NCBI GenBank assembly: GCA_947594425.1
Contig: CANQED010000002.1
Location: 62,364 to 126,363 of the forward strand
Direction of reading: 5' to 3'
Source: an uncultured Ruminiclostridium sp.
GTDB taxonomy: Bacteria > Bacillota > Clostridia > Oscillospirales > Ruminococcaceae
DNA length: 64,000 nt
The notes under the pieces are model-generated. The model saw only the letters and a list, made by a program, of their open reading frames with translations. It made no database searches and was not told where the DNA came from. Both the position numbers and the translations under genes were made by a program. Of the stretch, positions 26,177 to 40,742 are shown piece after piece (position 1 is the first letter of the stretch; each line of letters starts with the position of its first letter).

Positions 26177-28255
26177 TTATTCCTTGCCGCGCTTATTGAT
26201 TATGCCGTCCGCAATGGACTTGGGCACCTGGATATAATGGCTGGGCTCCATTACATACTGACCGCGTCCCTGTGTCTTAGAGCGCAGGTCGTTGGAGTAG
26301 CCGAACATCTCGGACAGCGGAACGAAAGCGTTTATCTGCTTTATGCCGTTCCTGTCGTCCATACCCTGTATCTCGCCGCGGCGTGAGCTCAAGTCGCCGA
26401 TAACGTCGCCCATATATTCCTCGGGGACGGTAACGACTACCTTCATTATAGGTTCGAGTATTACGGGGTTAGCCTTGCGGCAAGCCTCTTTAATAGCCAT
26501 AGAGCCCGCTATCTTAAACGCCATTTCGGACGAGTCTACCTCGTGGTAAGAGCCGTCGTACAGGTCTACCTTAACGTCTACGGTCTGATAGCCCGCGAGA
26601 ACGCCCGACTCGAGCGCGCCGCGTATACCTGCGTCTACCGCGGGGATATACTCCTTGGGTATAGCGCCGCCGACAACGCTGTTGGTAAACTCATAGCCCT
26701 TGCCCGACTCGTTGGGATAAACGTGCAGCTTAACGTGACCGTACTGACCTTTACCGCCCGACTGACGCGCGTACTTGGTGTCCACGTCGGCGGGAATGGT
26801 GATAGTCTCTTTATATGCGACCTGCGGAGCGCCTACGTTAGCCTCTACCTTAAACTCGCGCAGCAGTCTGTCTACGATTATCTCAAGGTGAAGCTCGCCC
26901 ATGCCCGCGATGATGGTCTGACCCGTCTCGTCGTTGGTGTAGGTCTTGAATGTGGGGTCCTCCTCCGCAAGCTTTGCAAGCGCGAGAGCCATCTTCTCCT
27001 GACCTGCCTTGGTCTTGGGCTCGATAGCAAGGTCGATGACCGGCTCCGGGAACTCCATAGACTCAAGTATTACCGGGTGCTCCTCATCGCAAAGAGTATC
27101 GCCCGTGGTGGTATTCTTTACACCTACGGCGGCGGCGATATCACCGCAGTAGCATATCTCAAGGTCCTGCCTGTGATTTGCGTGCATCTGAAGGATACGA
27201 CCTATGCGCTCTTTCTTGTCCTTAGTGGCGTTTAGCACGGTGGTACCCGTGGATATGGTACCCGAGTATACTCTGAAGAAGCAGAGCTTTCCTACAAAGG
27301 GGTCGGTAGCTATCTTGAACGCCAAAGCCGAGAACGGCTGGTCGTCGCCCGCGTGCCTTTCTACCTCTTCGCCCGTCTCGGGGTTAGTGCCCTTTATAGC
27401 GGGTACGTCGAGAGGCGAGGGCATATAGTCGATTATAGCGTCGAGCAGCTTCTGCACGCCCTTATTTCTGTAAGAGGTGCCGCAGACAACGGGAACTATC
27501 TCGTTATCTATGGTAGCCTTACGCAGAACTCTCTTTACCTCTTCGGTGGAGATCTCCTCGCCCTCAAGGAACTTGTCCATAAGCTCCTCGTCCTGCTCGG
27601 CGACCGCCTCCATGAGCTCGTCGTGATACTTCTGGGCAGTTTCTTTCATGTCCTCGGGGATCTCCTCGACACGCATATCCTTGCCCAGATCATCGTAGTA
27701 AATATCGGCGTTCATCTCGATAAGATCGATAATGCCTCTAAAGCTGTCCTCGGCGCCGATAGGGAGCTGAATAGGAACGGCGTTGCATTTAAGCCTGTCC
27801 TTCATCATGCTCACAACATTGTAAAAGTCCGCTCCCATAATGTCCATCTTATTTACATATGCCATTCTGGGAACTCTGTATTTGTCCGCCTGACGCCAAA
27901 CCGTTTCCGACTGGGGCTCTACACCGCCCTTAGCGCAGAAAACCGTGACCGAGCCGTCAAGCACTCTCAGCGAACGTTCGACCTCGACAGTGAAGTCAAC
28001 GTGGCCGGGAGTATCGATAATATTGATCCTGTGCTTCTTCCAGTAGGCTGTGGTAGCGGCCGAGGTTATCGTGATACCTCTTTCCTGCTCTTGAGCCATC
28101 CAGTCCATCGTCGCAGCGCCGTCGTGCACCTCGCCGAGCTTGTGGTTTATACCTGTATAAAACAGTATACGCTCGGTGGTGGTAGTCTTGCCCGCGTCGA
28201 TGTGAGCCATTATACCAATATTACGGGTCATCTCGAGAGATACATCTCTACCCAT
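26177..28255 (-). CDS. fusA: Elongation factor G
   Basis: 692 aa with [20 protein letters not shown] and NKMD. It sits in the str-operon order. Confidence 0.98.
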   Translation of the reverse strand: MGRDVSLEMTRNIGIMAHIDAGKTTTTERILFYTGINHKLGEVHDGAATMDWMAQEQERGITITSAATTAYWKKHRINIIDTPGHVDFTVEVERSLRVLDGSVTVFCAKGGVEPQSETVWRQADKYRVPRMAYVNKMDIMGADFYNVVSMMKDRLKCNAVPIQLPIGAEDSFRGIIDLIEMNADIYYDDLGKDMRVEEIPEDMKETAQKYHDELMEAVAEQDEELMDKFLEGEEISTEEVKRVLRKATIDNEIVPVVCGTSYRNKGVQKLLDAIIDYMPSPLDVPAIKGTNPETGEEVERHAGDDQPFSALAFKIATDPFVGKLCFFRVYSGTISTGTTVLNATKDKKERIGRILQMHANHRQDLEICYCGDIAAAVGVKNTTTGDTLCDEEHPVILESMEFPEPVIDLAIEPKTKAGQEKMALALAKLAEEDPTFKTYTNDETGQTIIAGMGELHLEIIVDRLLREFKVEANVGAPQVAYKETITIPADVDTKYARQSGGKGQYGHVKLHVYPNESGKGYEFTNSVVGGAIPKEYIPAVDAGIRGALESGVLAGYQTVDVKVDLYDGSYHEVDSSEMAFKIAGSMAIKEACRKANPVILEPIMKVVVTVPEEYMGDVIGDLSSRRGEIQGMDDRNGIKQINAFVPLSEMFGYSNDLRSKTQGRGQYVMEPSHYIQVPKSIADGIINKRGKE

Positions 28256-28274
28256 ATTTCCTCCGTCTGTCAGA

Positions 28275-28745
28275 TCACCACTTGTAATGAGCGAAAGCCT
28301 TGTTGGCTTCTGCCATTCTGTGGGTGTCGTCTCTCTTCTTGCAAGCTCCGCCCTGACCGTTCAGAGCGTCGAGAATTTCGTTTGCAAGTCTTTCTTTCAT
28401 TGTTTTTTCGTTTCTCTGTCTGCTGTAAAGGGTTATCCACCTAAGACCCAAGGTCCTCCTTCTTTCGGGGCGGACCTCCATAGGTACCTGATAAGTAGCA
28501 CCGCCGACGCGGCGTGCCTTTACCTCTAACTGAGGCATAATGTTCTCCATTGCCTCTTCAAATGCTTCGAGAGCGCCCTTGCCCGACTTCTCGGCTACTA
28601 TTTCAAATGCGCCGTATACTATCTTCTGGGCTACTCCCTTTTTGCCGTCAAGCATGATGTTGTTGATAAGTCTTGTTACCAGCTGCGAACCGTACAAAGG
28701 GTCCGGCAGTACCTCACGCTTGGGAACGTTACCTCTCCTTGGCAC
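28275..28745 (-). CDS. rpsG: 30S ribosomal protein S7
   Basis: GTG at 28745 is preceded by AAGGAGGGAAG and gives [20 protein letters not shown]. The track's longer start adds a non-conserved extension. Confidence 0.95.
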   Translation of the reverse strand: MPRRGNVPKREVLPDPLYGSQLVTRLINNIMLDGKKGVAQKIVYGAFEIVAEKSGKGALEAFEEAMENIMPQLEVKARRVGGATYQVPMEVRPERRRTLGLRWITLYSRQRNEKTMKERLANEILDALNGQGGACKKRDDTHRMAEANKAFAHYKW

Positions 28746-28921
28746 TTTACTTCCCTCCTTCATAAGAAAATGAAAATCATAGGTACTCGAAAGCATTCAA
28801 CTTCCGCCGCTGCCGCAGAGAATACCGCCCGCACCTATTATATATAAGTGCCTTGGCATAAACGTCGGGAATACCCGACGCTGTATATATCTCCACGCAT
28901 CGTGGTCGGTTATCTTAAACT

Positions 28922-29347
28922 TTACGATTTTTTACCCGCCTTCGGACGCTTTGCGCCGTACTTGCTTCTGCCCTGCATTCTTCCGTCAACGCCCTGAGCG
29001 TCAAGTGTTCCTCTTACGATGTGGTAACGCACACCGGGGAGATCCTTAACACGTCCGCCGCGGATAAGAACAACGCTGTGCTCTTGCAGCTTGTGACCGA
29101 TACCCGGGATATAAGCGGTTACTTCAAAACCGTTGGACAGTCTTACTCTGGCTATCTTTCTCATAGCGGAGTTAGGCTTTTTCGGGGTCGCGGTACGTAC
29201 TGCGGTGCATACGCCTCTCTTCTGAGGTGACGGCAGGTCTGTCGTCTGCTTTTTGAGCGTGTTCATGCCCTTTTGCAGTGCGGGAGCCTTCGATTTCTTC
29301 TCGTGAACGGCTCTGCCCTTACGAACCAATTGGTTAAAGGTTGGCAA
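28922..29347 (-). CDS. rpsL: 30S ribosomal protein S12
   Basis: 141 aa with a TTG start, [12 protein letters not shown] and KKPNSAMRK. Confidence 0.97.
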   Translation of the reverse strand: MPTFNQLVRKGRAVHEKKSKAPALQKGMNTLKKQTTDLPSPQKRGVCTAVRTATPKKPNSAMRKIARVRLSNGFEVTAYIPGIGHKLQEHSVVLIRGGRVKDLPGVRYHIVRGTLDAQGVDGRMQGRSKYGAKRPKAGKKS

Positions 29348-29429
29348 AATTTACACCTCCTTATAATATTTACTTGGCGCTTTAGCGATATTTCCCGCTT
29401 ATGTGAAAATATTCTGCGCGCATTTTATT

Positions 29430-29458
29430 ATTATATACAAAAAAACGGTAATTGTCAA
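29430..29458 (-). promoter_or_regulatory. Sigma-70-type promoter of the rpsL-rpsG-fusA(-tuf) operon
   Basis: Minus strand reads TTGACA (29458-29453), 17 nt, TATAAT (29435-29430). Confidence 0.65.
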
Positions 29459-29518
29459 GTTTTTGAGAGTTTGGCTCAAAAATTTGTAGCAATTACCGCT
29501 TTTTGCTTAAATCAAAAC

Positions 29519-33094
<3,576 letters not shown>

Positions 33095-33144
33095 TGTACA
33101 GACCTCAATTCTTTATAAGATTAACTTTTCGAGCAAGCCTTAAC

Positions 33145-36100
33145 TTATTCGTTGTAATCGTCGTCGTCGGCATCTTCTAATTCGTCGATGTCGTCCTCGT
33201 CATCCTCAAAATCGATGTCGTCCTCAAAGTCGTCATCGTCCTCTTCGTCGTCGGCGTAAAAGTCCTCGTCGTCCTCGACGTCGCGGGTGATGAACGCGTC
33301 GTCAAGCGAGCCCTCCTCGACAACGTATTCAAAGTTGTCGTCGCCCGCCTGAAGTCCGATATCGTCGTCGTCTTCAAAGGTGTGCTTTAGGTCTATCTCG
33401 TTATGATCCTCGTCAAGCACGCTGATGTCAAGACCGAGCGCCTGAAGCTCTTTGATAAGCACCTTAAAGCTCTCTGGAACGCCCGCCTCGGGGACGGGAT
33501 CGCCCTTTACTATAGCTTCATAGGTCTTAACGCGTCCGTCTATATCGTCGGATTTTACCGTCAGTATCTCCTGCAAGGTGTACGCCGCGCCGTAAGCCTC
33601 GAGCGCCCACACCTCCATCTCGCCGAAACGCTGACCGCCGAACTGCGCCTTACCGCCTAACGGCTGCTGCGTTACGAGAGCATAAGGACCTGTTGAACGT
33701 GCGTGTATCTTATCGTCTACAAGGTGATGCAGCTTAAGATAATACATATATCCCACGGTTACGGGGCTGTCGAACTTCTCGCCCGTACGCCCGTCTATAA
33801 GCTGGGTCTTTGCGTCGGGGTTCATAGGTATCTTGGAGAAATCTATCCTCGGGCTGTCCTTATCGGGATAGTCCGCCCTTATCTTCTCCGCCTCGGCAAA
33901 GCATTCTCTTATATCCTGCTCGTGCGCGCCGTCAAATACGGGGGTCATTATCTGCCAGCCTAATGCCTTGCACGCATAGCCGAGGTGTACCTCGAGCACC
34001 TGACCGATATTCATACGCGACGGAACGCCGAGGGGGTTGAGCACGATGTCAAGCGGCGTGCCGTCGGGTAAGAACGGCATATCCTCCTGCTTTAATATGC
34101 GTGATACGACGCCCTTATTTCCGTGTCTGCCCGCCATTTTATCGCCGACGGAGATCTTTCTCTTCTGCGCGATATAGCAGCGTACGACTTCGTTTACTCC
34201 GGGGCTCAATTCTTCGCAGTTCTGACGGGTGAACACCTTTACGTCCACGATAATTCCGCTCTCGCCGTGAGGAACGCGCAGGGAGTTGTCCCTTACCTCT
34301 CTTGCCTTTTCGCCGAATATCGCGCGCAGCAGTCTTTCTTCTGCGGTAAGCTCGGTCTCTCCCTTAGGAGTTACCTTACCGACAAGGATATCTCCCGCCT
34401 GCACCTCCGCGCCTATGCGGATAATGCCGCGCTCGTCGAGGTCTTTAAGCGCGTCCTCGCCGAGGTTGGGTATATCTCTCGTTATCTCCTCGGGACCGAG
34501 CTTTGTATCTCTGCACTCGAGCTCGTATTCTTCTATATGGATAGAGGTAAATGTGTCGTTGTATACGAGTTTCTCGCTTATCAGGACAGCGTCCTCGTAA
34601 TTGTAGCCCTCCCACGTCATAAAGCCTATCAGCGCGTTTTTGCCCAGCGAAATTTCGCCCTGCGAGGTGGCGGGGCCGTCGGCGAGCACGTCGCCGACCT
34701 TTACCTCCATGCCCTTTTCGACAGCGGGCTTTTGATTTATGCAGGTGCCTTGGTTAGAGCGCTTGAATTTTATGAGCTTATACTTATGCTCTTGACCGTT
34801 TTTGTCGGTGACGATTATCTCGTCCGCCGTCACGGAGGTCACAACGCCGTCCTCCTTAGCGAGCACAACAACGCCGGAATCTATCGCCGCCTTGTACTCC
34901 ATACCGGTGCCGACTATCGGGTTCTCGGTTATCATCAGCGGCACAGCCTGACGCTGCATGTTAGCGCCCATAAGCGCACGGTTAGCGTCGTCGTTTTCCA
35001 AAAACGGTATCATTGCGGTAGCCACGGACACCACCATCTTAGGCGAAATATCCATATAGTCTACCTTTTCGCGCTCGACCTCGAGTATCTCCTCGCGGCA
35101 GCGCGCGTTTACACGCTTTCTTGCAAAGCGGCCCTGCTCGTCGAGCGGCTCGTTAGCCTGAGCTACGATATAATTGTCCTCGACGTCGGCGGTCATATAA
35201 TGAACCTCGTCGAGCACCACACCCGTCTCTTTATCCACCTTGCGGTAGGGCGCTTCGATAAAGCCGTACTTGTTTATCTTTGCAAAGGACGCAAGATAGG
35301 ATATAAGTCCTATATTCGGTCCTTCGGGGGTCTCTATAGGACACATACGCCCATAGTGCGAATAGTGTACGTCGCGCACTTCAAATCCCGCGCGGTCACG
35401 CGAAAGTCCGCCCGGACCGAGCGCGGATAATCTTCTCTTATGAGTAAGCTCCGCGAGCGGGTTATTCTGATCCATAAACTGCGATAACGGTGACGAGCCG
35501 AAAAACTCTTTTATCGCCGCTACCACGGGTCTTATATTTATCAGCGAATTAGGCGATACCTTATCGGGCTCCTGTGACTGCAGTCCCATACGCTCGCGTA
35601 TAACTCTCTCCATACGCGCAAAGCCTATGCGGAACTGGTTTTGCAGCAGCTCGCCGACCGAGCGTATACGCCTGTTGCCGAGGTGGTCTATATCGTCGAC
35701 CTCTCCCACGCCGTCGCACAGATTGATAAAATAGCTTACCGACGCGAAAATATCGTCAAGCGTGATATGCTTAGGCAGCAGCCTGTCAAGATTATTGCGG
35801 ATACCCTCTTTTATGCCCTCCTCGTCGGACGCGCCCTCGAGTATCTCCTGAAGTACCTTAAAGCTTACCTTTTCGTTTACGCCGAGCTCCTCGGGGTCGA
35901 TGGTGTCGGGGATATATCCCTTTATATCCACCATACCGTTGCCTATTACCTTTACCTCTTTATCCTCGGCAAAGATAACGCACTCCATAACGCCTGCCTG
36001 CTCTATCTCGGCAGCCTTATCGGCGGTTATAAATTCGCCCGCGTCGCAGAGCAATTCGCCGGTGGAGGGGCTTATTATCGGAGCGGCAGCCTTTCTGCCC

Positions 36101-36975
36101 GCTATTCTCGCGCTTACTCCGAGCTTTTTATTGTATTTATAGCGGCCGAACCTCGCAAGGTCGTATCTCCTCGCGTCAAAGAACAGCGAATTTAAGTGGT
36201 TCTGCGCGCTCTCTACCGTAGGCGGCTCCCCGGGGCGCAGCTTTCTGTACACCTCGAGCAATGCCTCTTCGGTGTTCTTGGTGGTGTCCTTATCGGTCAC
36301 GGTCTGCACTATCAGCGGTTCTTCGCCGAAAAGATCGGTAAGATCGCTGTCGCTCGATATCCCGAGCGCGCGCATAAGCGTGGTCGCGGGTATCTTTCTG
36401 TTCTTGTCTATGCGGACATAGAATATATCGTTAGAGTCCATTTCGTACTCCAGCCACGCGCCGCGGTTGGGGATAACGGTGGAATGGAACAGCTTTTTGC
36501 CCGATTTATCATAATCAAAGCCGAAATACACGCCCGGAGAACGCACCAGCTGCGACACGATAACACGCTCCGCGCCGTTTATCACAAAGGTGCCCGAGTC
36601 GGTCATAAGCGGAAAATCGCCCATAAATATCTCGTTTTCCATGACCTCGCCGGTCTCGGTGTTTCTCAGCTGTGCCTTTACTCTAAGCGGAGCGGCGTAA
36701 GTAACGTCACGTTCCTTGCACTCTTCTATAGTATATTTCGGTTCTTCGTCCAGCCTGTAGTCAACAAAGCTCAGCACAAGCTTGCCGTTTGCGTCGGTGA
36801 TAGAAGAAATATCGTTGAATACCTCTTTTATTCCCTCTTTCAAAAACCAGTTATAGGAATCCTTTTGGATCTCTATAAGGTTAGGCATCGGCTGCACCTC
36901 ATTGATCTTGGAAAAACTCAGACGGGCATTCCTGCCCAGCTTTACCTGCTTGACATTCACCATGGGCTTTACCAC
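33145..36975 (-). CDS. rpoB: RNA polymerase beta subunit with a roughly 75-aa polyacidic C-terminal extension
   Basis: 1276 aa with [15 protein letters not shown] and other beta signatures. The tail is [12 protein letters not shown]...[35 protein letters not shown]. The start could instead be the ATG at 36963. Confidence 0.97.
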   Translation of the reverse strand: MVKPMVNVKQVKLGRNARLSFSKINEVQPMPNLIEIQKDSYNWFLKEGIKEVFNDISSITDANGKLVLSFVDYRLDEEPKYTIEECKERDVTYAAPLRVKAQLRNTETGEVMENEIFMGDFPLMTDSGTFVINGAERVIVSQLVRSPGVYFGFDYDKSGKKLFHSTVIPNRGAWLEYEMDSNDIFYVRIDKNRKIPATTLMRALGISSDSDLTDLFGEEPLIVQTVTDKDTTKNTEEALLEVYRKLRPGEPPTVESAQNHLNSLFFDARRYDLARFGRYKYNKKLGVSARIAGRKAAAPIISPSTGELLCDAGEFITADKAAEIEQAGVMECVIFAEDKEVKVIGNGMVDIKGYIPDTIDPEELGVNEKVSFKVLQEILEGASDEEGIKEGIRNNLDRLLPKHITLDDIFASVSYFINLCDGVGEVDDIDHLGNRRIRSVGELLQNQFRIGFARMERVIRERMGLQSQEPDKVSPNSLINIRPVVAAIKEFFGSSPLSQFMDQNNPLAELTHKRRLSALGPGGLSRDRAGFEVRDVHYSHYGRMCPIETPEGPNIGLISYLASFAKINKYGFIEAPYRKVDKETGVVLDEVHYMTADVEDNYIVAQANEPLDEQGRFARKRVNARCREEILEVEREKVDYMDISPKMVVSVATAMIPFLENDDANRALMGANMQRQAVPLMITENPIVGTGMEYKAAIDSGVVVLAKEDGVVTSVTADEIIVTDKNGQEHKYKLIKFKRSNQGTCINQKPAVEKGMEVKVGDVLADGPATSQGEISLGKNALIGFMTWEGYNYEDAVLISEKLVYNDTFTSIHIEEYELECRDTKLGPEEITRDIPNLGEDALKDLDERGIIRIGAEVQAGDILVGKVTPKGETELTAEERLLRAIFGEKAREVRDNSLRVPHGESGIIVDVKVFTRQNCEELSPGVNEVVRCYIAQKRKISVGDKMAGRHGNKGVVSRILKQEDMPFLPDGTPLDIVLNPLGVPSRMNIGQVLEVHLGYACKALGWQIMTPVFDGAHEQDIRECFAEAEKIRADYPDKDSPRIDFSKIPMNPDAKTQLIDGRTGEKFDSPVTVGYMYYLKLHHLVDDKIHARSTGPYALVTQQPLGGKAQFGGQRFGEMEVWALEAYGAAYTLQEILTVKSDDIDGRVKTYEAIVKGDPVPEAGVPESFKVLIKELQALGLDISVLDEDHNEIDLKHTFEDDDDIGLQAGDDNFEYVVEEGSLDDAFITRDVEDDEDFYADDEEDDDDFEDDIDFEDDEDDIDELEDADDDDYNE

Positions 36976-37104
36976 TCCTTCAATTTACTCGCCGTGATAG
37001 CGCTAAACTCTCTCAAAACCGTTCGCCGTGCGGGTTTGCCCCTTAGGAAAACCTGTCCCGAAAACAGTTCAAACGCATATCAGTCCATTATGATACAGTA
37101 TATT

Positions 37105-37133
37105 ATTTTACCATAGAGGGAAAGGTTTGTCAA
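37105..37133 (-). promoter_or_regulatory. Sigma-70-type promoter of rpoBC
   Basis: Minus strand reads TTGACA (37133-37128), 17 nt, TAAAAT (37110-37105). This leaves a leader of about 130 nt. Confidence 0.6.
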
Positions 37134-37196
37134 TACTTTTGCGCAAACTTTTTTATTTTTTTAAAATATGTAAAATTACGCGCCGCATTTTGGCGG

Positions 37197-37298
37197 CTTT
37201 TTTGTGGGGAAAGCCTAAGGCTCTGCGCCTTTTACTCCGTTATATATTGCGAAAAAATAACCGTGGACTGAATTTCAATCCACGGTTTGCTGTATTCA
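37197..37298. repeat. Dispersed double-hairpin intergenic repeat, copy 2
   Basis: cttttttgtggggaaagcctaaggctctgcgcctttt...attgcgaaaaaataaccgtggactgaatttcaatccacggtttgctgtattcac. Confidence 0.75.
37251..37288 (-). terminator. Rho-independent terminator of gene C
   Basis: Minus strand reads AACCGTGGA-TTGAAATTCAG-TCCACGGTT followed by ATTTTTTC. Confidence 0.75.
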
Positions 37299-37306
37299 CT
37301 TGTGCA

Positions 37307-39772
37307 TTATTTTGTCTTTACGGTTATCGTCTTTGTAGCACCATACAAAGCAGTCTTGCCCGACATCTTATACGCCTTAACTCTGAACGTATAAGAGGTC
37401 TTTGACTTAAGGCCCGACTTCTTAAATTCAACAGTAGAATTTTTCGTTATCTTGCCCGCACGCTTCCAAACGCCGCCCACTTTCATCTCAACGATATAAC
37501 CGTCAGCGGAAGTGTTCTTGCTCCACGCGAGCCTAACTGCGTTAGATACAGCGGCTTTAAGCCTAAGCCCGCTTATATTGCTCGGCTTAGTGCATGCGGA
37601 TATGGTCTTATAGCCGCTGTAGAGCGGAGTACTGCCGACCATATTATATGTACGGATGCGGAAATTGTAGGTGGTGCCTGCCTTAAGCTTAGCTATGCGG
37701 TACTCGGTGGTGGAGTTCTTAGTGATTTTTACCACGCGCACCCACTTGCTGCCGTCCTTGCGCTCGATTATGTAACCGTCGGCGCTGGTGTTCTTAGTCC
37801 ACGAAAGGCGGAGTGCGTCGCTTGAACGACCTTTAAGCTTTAAGCCGCTTACCGCGGAGGGATTGGTAGTCCACGAGCCCGATTTGTACGCGCTGTAAAC
37901 CGCCGTAGAGCCTACCATTTTATAAGACCTTACACGTATCGAATACTTAGTAGAGGGCTTTAGACCGTTGACGGTGTATGCGCTTGTGGCCTTGCTGGAT
38001 ATCTTTGCGGCTCTTGTCCACTTGCCGCCGACGTTCTTTTCTACTATGTAGCCGTCCGCGGTGTCGGTAGGCGTCCACTTAATGGTAAGCGTCGACGAGC
38101 CTCTGCTGCTGAGAGCTATTGCGGCCACGTCCACGGGCTTTTTATTGATTACAGTGACATTGCATACGGCGGTCTTGCCGCTGGTGGTCTTTGCTCTTAT
38201 GGCGGCAATGCCCTCTTTCTTAGCGTAGATTATGCCCGAGCGGCACTCGGCCACATCATTGTCGCCGCTGGTCCAGGTCACGCCGTCGTTTGAATTTGAG
38301 GGGGATACAGTCGCGTCGAGCACAAGCTCTTCGCCGACCTCCAAGATAGCGGAGGTCTTATTAAGCTTTATCGAGGTGGCAGGGACAGCGGTGCGAAGCG
38401 AGTATGATATGTTGTTATCCTTAGCGTATGCGAGCGCGTCAGAGCCGGGGAAGCAATACATGTGGACGTTGTTAGAGCCGTCAAACAATGTATTTGTATC
38501 CGGCATGGTCCCATAACCAAAATAAGCTGATGTAATATTACCGCAATCAGCAAAAGCAGCACTACCATCCCAATAATTTGAGCCCCAAGAATCAACAGTA
38601 CTCGGTATTGTTACGGATGTTAAACCGCTTTTTCTAAACGCCTGATATCCTATAAAATAAAGTCTTTTGCCAAGGTTTATTGATGTAAGCGAAGAACAAT
38701 TTCTAAAACAGCTTTCTCCTATTTCGAGAAGATCGCCCTTGACAGTAACCTTTGATAGTGCTTCGTCATCAAGGAAAGTGTCTGTATACAGATACTTTAC
38801 ATTAGCACCTAATGTTACATTTGTAAGACTTGGACAGTTACTTAATGCTCCATCACATACTGTTTCGGAATTAACAGTGGCTGTTGTCAACAGATCACAA
38901 TCACAGAAAGTGTTGCTTTCCAGTGTATTAGAATTAACTGTTACTGATGTAAGCTTATCGCAATCTCTAAAAGCGGAACTGCCTACCCAATAATTTAAAC
39001 CCCAAGTAGTAACAGAACTCGGTATTGTTACTGATTTTAATCCGCTATTTCGAAATGCTTGAGAACCAATATAAGTTAACTTGCTGCCAAATGCAAATGA
39101 AGCGAGCGAGGAACAGTTTTCAAAGCAGTTTTCTCCTATTTTGAGAAGACTGCCTTTAACAGTAACCTTTGATAATGCTGCGTCATTAATAAAAACTTCA
39201 TCATTCAGATTCTTTACTTTAGTACCTAATGTTACAGTTGCAAGACTTGCGCAATCTTTAAACGCGCCATTGTCTATTGTTTCAGAATTTACCGTGACGG
39301 TTGTCAACTTATCGCAATTGTTAAAAACGTTATCTGCCAAAAAATTAGAATTAACAGTTGCTGATGTAAGATTATCACAATCTTTGAATGTAGAACAACC
39401 GTTCCAATAATTTGAGCCCCACGTGGTAACAGTACTCGGTATAGTAATAGACTTTATATCAGTTCCGGCAAATGCCATGGAGCCGATATACTTTACCGTG
39501 CTCGGTATAACTACCGAATTAAAGCTGTCACTGTCTTGAAAAGCCGCTTCGCCTATACCGCTTACTGTTTTCCCCGCTATTTTAGAGGGTATAGTCAGCT
39601 TATCGGTAAATCCGGTATAGCCGGTAACATATACAGTGTTATCGTCCTGCACCTCATACTGCCAGTAGCCCGAGGTCAGCTCCTCAGCTCCCGCGCAGAC
39701 GCTTATCGCACCGACCGCAAGCAGTCCCGCCGCAAGGGATGTGATCCCCGCAAACAATTTCTTTAACTTCAT
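37307..39772 (-). CDS. Secreted LRR protein with a Big_2-like domain and a C-terminal triple FN3 module (family member C)
   Basis: The start is set at ATG 39772 (MKLKKLFAGITSLAAGLLAVGAISVCAGA) after GGAGGA. It has BspA-type LRRs and a Big_2-like segment (AILEVGEELVLDATVSPSN...). Three FN3 units end ITVKTK. Confidence 0.85.
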   Translation of the reverse strand: MKLKKLFAGITSLAAGLLAVGAISVCAGAEELTSGYWQYEVQDDNTVYVTGYTGFTDKLTIPSKIAGKTVSGIGEAAFQDSDSFNSVVIPSTVKYIGSMAFAGTDIKSITIPSTVTTWGSNYWNGCSTFKDCDNLTSATVNSNFLADNVFNNCDKLTTVTVNSETIDNGAFKDCASLATVTLGTKVKNLNDEVFINDAALSKVTVKGSLLKIGENCFENCSSLASFAFGSKLTYIGSQAFRNSGLKSVTIPSSVTTWGLNYWVGSSAFRDCDKLTSVTVNSNTLESNTFCDCDLLTTATVNSETVCDGALSNCPSLTNVTLGANVKYLYTDTFLDDEALSKVTVKGDLLEIGESCFRNCSSLTSINLGKRLYFIGYQAFRKSGLTSVTIPSTVDSWGSNYWDGSAAFADCGNITSAYFGYGTMPDTNTLFDGSNNVHMYCFPGSDALAYAKDNNISYSLRTAVPATSIKLNKTSAILEVGEELVLDATVSPSNSNDGVTWTSGDNDVAECRSGIIYAKKEGIAAIRAKTTSGKTAVCNVTVINKKPVDVAAIALSSRGSSTLTIKWTPTDTADGYIVEKNVGGKWTRAAKISSKATSAYTVNGLKPSTKYSIRVRSYKMVGSTAVYSAYKSGSWTTNPSAVSGLKLKGRSSDALRLSWTKNTSADGYIIERKDGSKWVRVVKITKNSTTEYRIAKLKAGTTYNFRIRTYNMVGSTPLYSGYKTISACTKPSNISGLRLKAAVSNAVRLAWSKNTSADGYIVEMKVGGVWKRAGKITKNSTVEFKKSGLKSKTSYTFRVKAYKMSGKTALYGATKTITVKTK

Positions 39773-39853
39773 GATTTTCCTCCGTTCTTCCATAATTTGG
39801 AAAATTTTCGCACGTGCGGCATTTACTGCCGCAACTGCTAATTGTACACTAAA

Positions 39854-39882
39854 ATAATAGCACAACTTACTTGAGTTGTCAA
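39854..39882 (-). promoter_or_regulatory. Sigma-70-type promoter of gene C
   Basis: Minus strand reads TTGACA (39882-39877), 17 nt, TATTAT (39859-39854). Confidence 0.6.
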
Positions 39883-39903
39883 TACTTATGCAAGGGAGGC
39901 TTT

Positions 39904-40065
39904 ATTTATTTTTTCGCTGAGGGGTGCGCCGAGGTGGTGTTTGTGGTCTGTATGCCCTCGATAGCGACCGTGTGCGGGCTTATACACGGGCGGAGGGCGG
40001 CAGGGGTGGTGCGGGTGGGAGACGTGTACCAAACAAAAGTTTAGCAAATGTGCGAAAAAATAAAT
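39904..40065. repeat. Perfect 14-bp inverted repeat enclosing a 134-nt G-rich block
   Basis: atttattttttcgc (39904-39917) is the exact reverse complement of gcgaaaaaataaat (40052-40065). The enclosed segment carries GGGCGGAGGGCGGCAGGGGTGGTGCGGGTGGG. Confidence 0.7.
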
Positions 40066-40617
40066 GAAACTTGCCTTGCTACGTGCAGCGATGCGGCGGT
40101 GTACATCTGTACTCATTTACCAGCCCGCAGAAGTGCGTAGATTGCCACGGGGTGCGCCGTTGAGACAGGTGCAGCAAGTGGCTGTATCCCCGCCGCTTGT
40201 ACTCCCCGCCGAGCCGCCTCCCTCAGCCTCACCCTGCCCGTTTTCCCGCTCCACAAGCGGGTTCAGCGCCGCCGAGCTTCGCCTCGTGCATAGCCCCGCC
40301 CAATGTCGCCGCACCCGTTCTTTTGCTTGCCGTCCCGCACTCCCTCACCCCGCCGCAGAGCAAAAATCACCCTCCCTCCCGTGCCGCAATTCCCCTACTC
40401 TAAAATGTCCTATAATGTGTGCGATATTTCTCGCAAATTGCGACTACTTATACAGACGTTAGTCGCACCTAACATTCCTACACGCACAGACATTCGCGAA
40501 TACATTTACAGAATTTCGCCCCGTTTTTCTACATATATATTCGCTCCGAAAGGCTCTAAAAATGTAATCGAATATATTTTAAGAAAGTTGAGCGTCATAT
40601 TTTTTGTACTATGCTTT

Positions 40618-40741
40618 AATATTCACTGTTTTCCTCGCCGCTCTCTACCTGTATGTTTCCATAAATGTCACTCTATGCGTGCGCAGATCGTATCATTTTT
40701 CCCACAAAAAACGCAAAGCCCAACATACCGTTGAGCTCAAC
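40618..40741. repeat. About 125-nt intergenic repeat, copy A (the partner is at 61918-62040)
   Basis: The two copies share ...ttcact.tttt.ctcgc.gct...aaatgtcactctatg.gtgcgcaga...ttttccca.aaaaa...aaagcccaacata.cgttgagct. By-eye identity is about three quarters. Confidence 0.7.
40705..40738 (-). terminator. Second terminator hairpin, part of the 125-nt repeat
   Basis: Minus strand reads GAGCTCAAC-GGTAT-GTTGGGCTT then TGCGTTTTTTG. Confidence 0.6.
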
Positions 40742-40742
40742 A

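Noticed and set aside
33177-33377. 66-aa ORF (TTT/RTT-rich) within the rpoB 3' end, and the analogous Pro/Arg-rich ORF at 45591-45836 within the TGase linker.
   Set aside because: These are alternative-frame readings of low-complexity coding repeats (the acidic tail and the Thr/Pro linker), not independent genes.
40064-40734. ORFs 40064-40462 and 40303-40734 (plus strand), and 39886-40116 and 40117-40314 (minus strand), in the GC-rich gap.
   Set aside because: Their translations are Pro/Arg/Ser/Ala-rich and low-complexity. They have no RBS, overlap one another mutually, and follow the strand-asymmetric G/C blocks. I treated the region as non-coding.
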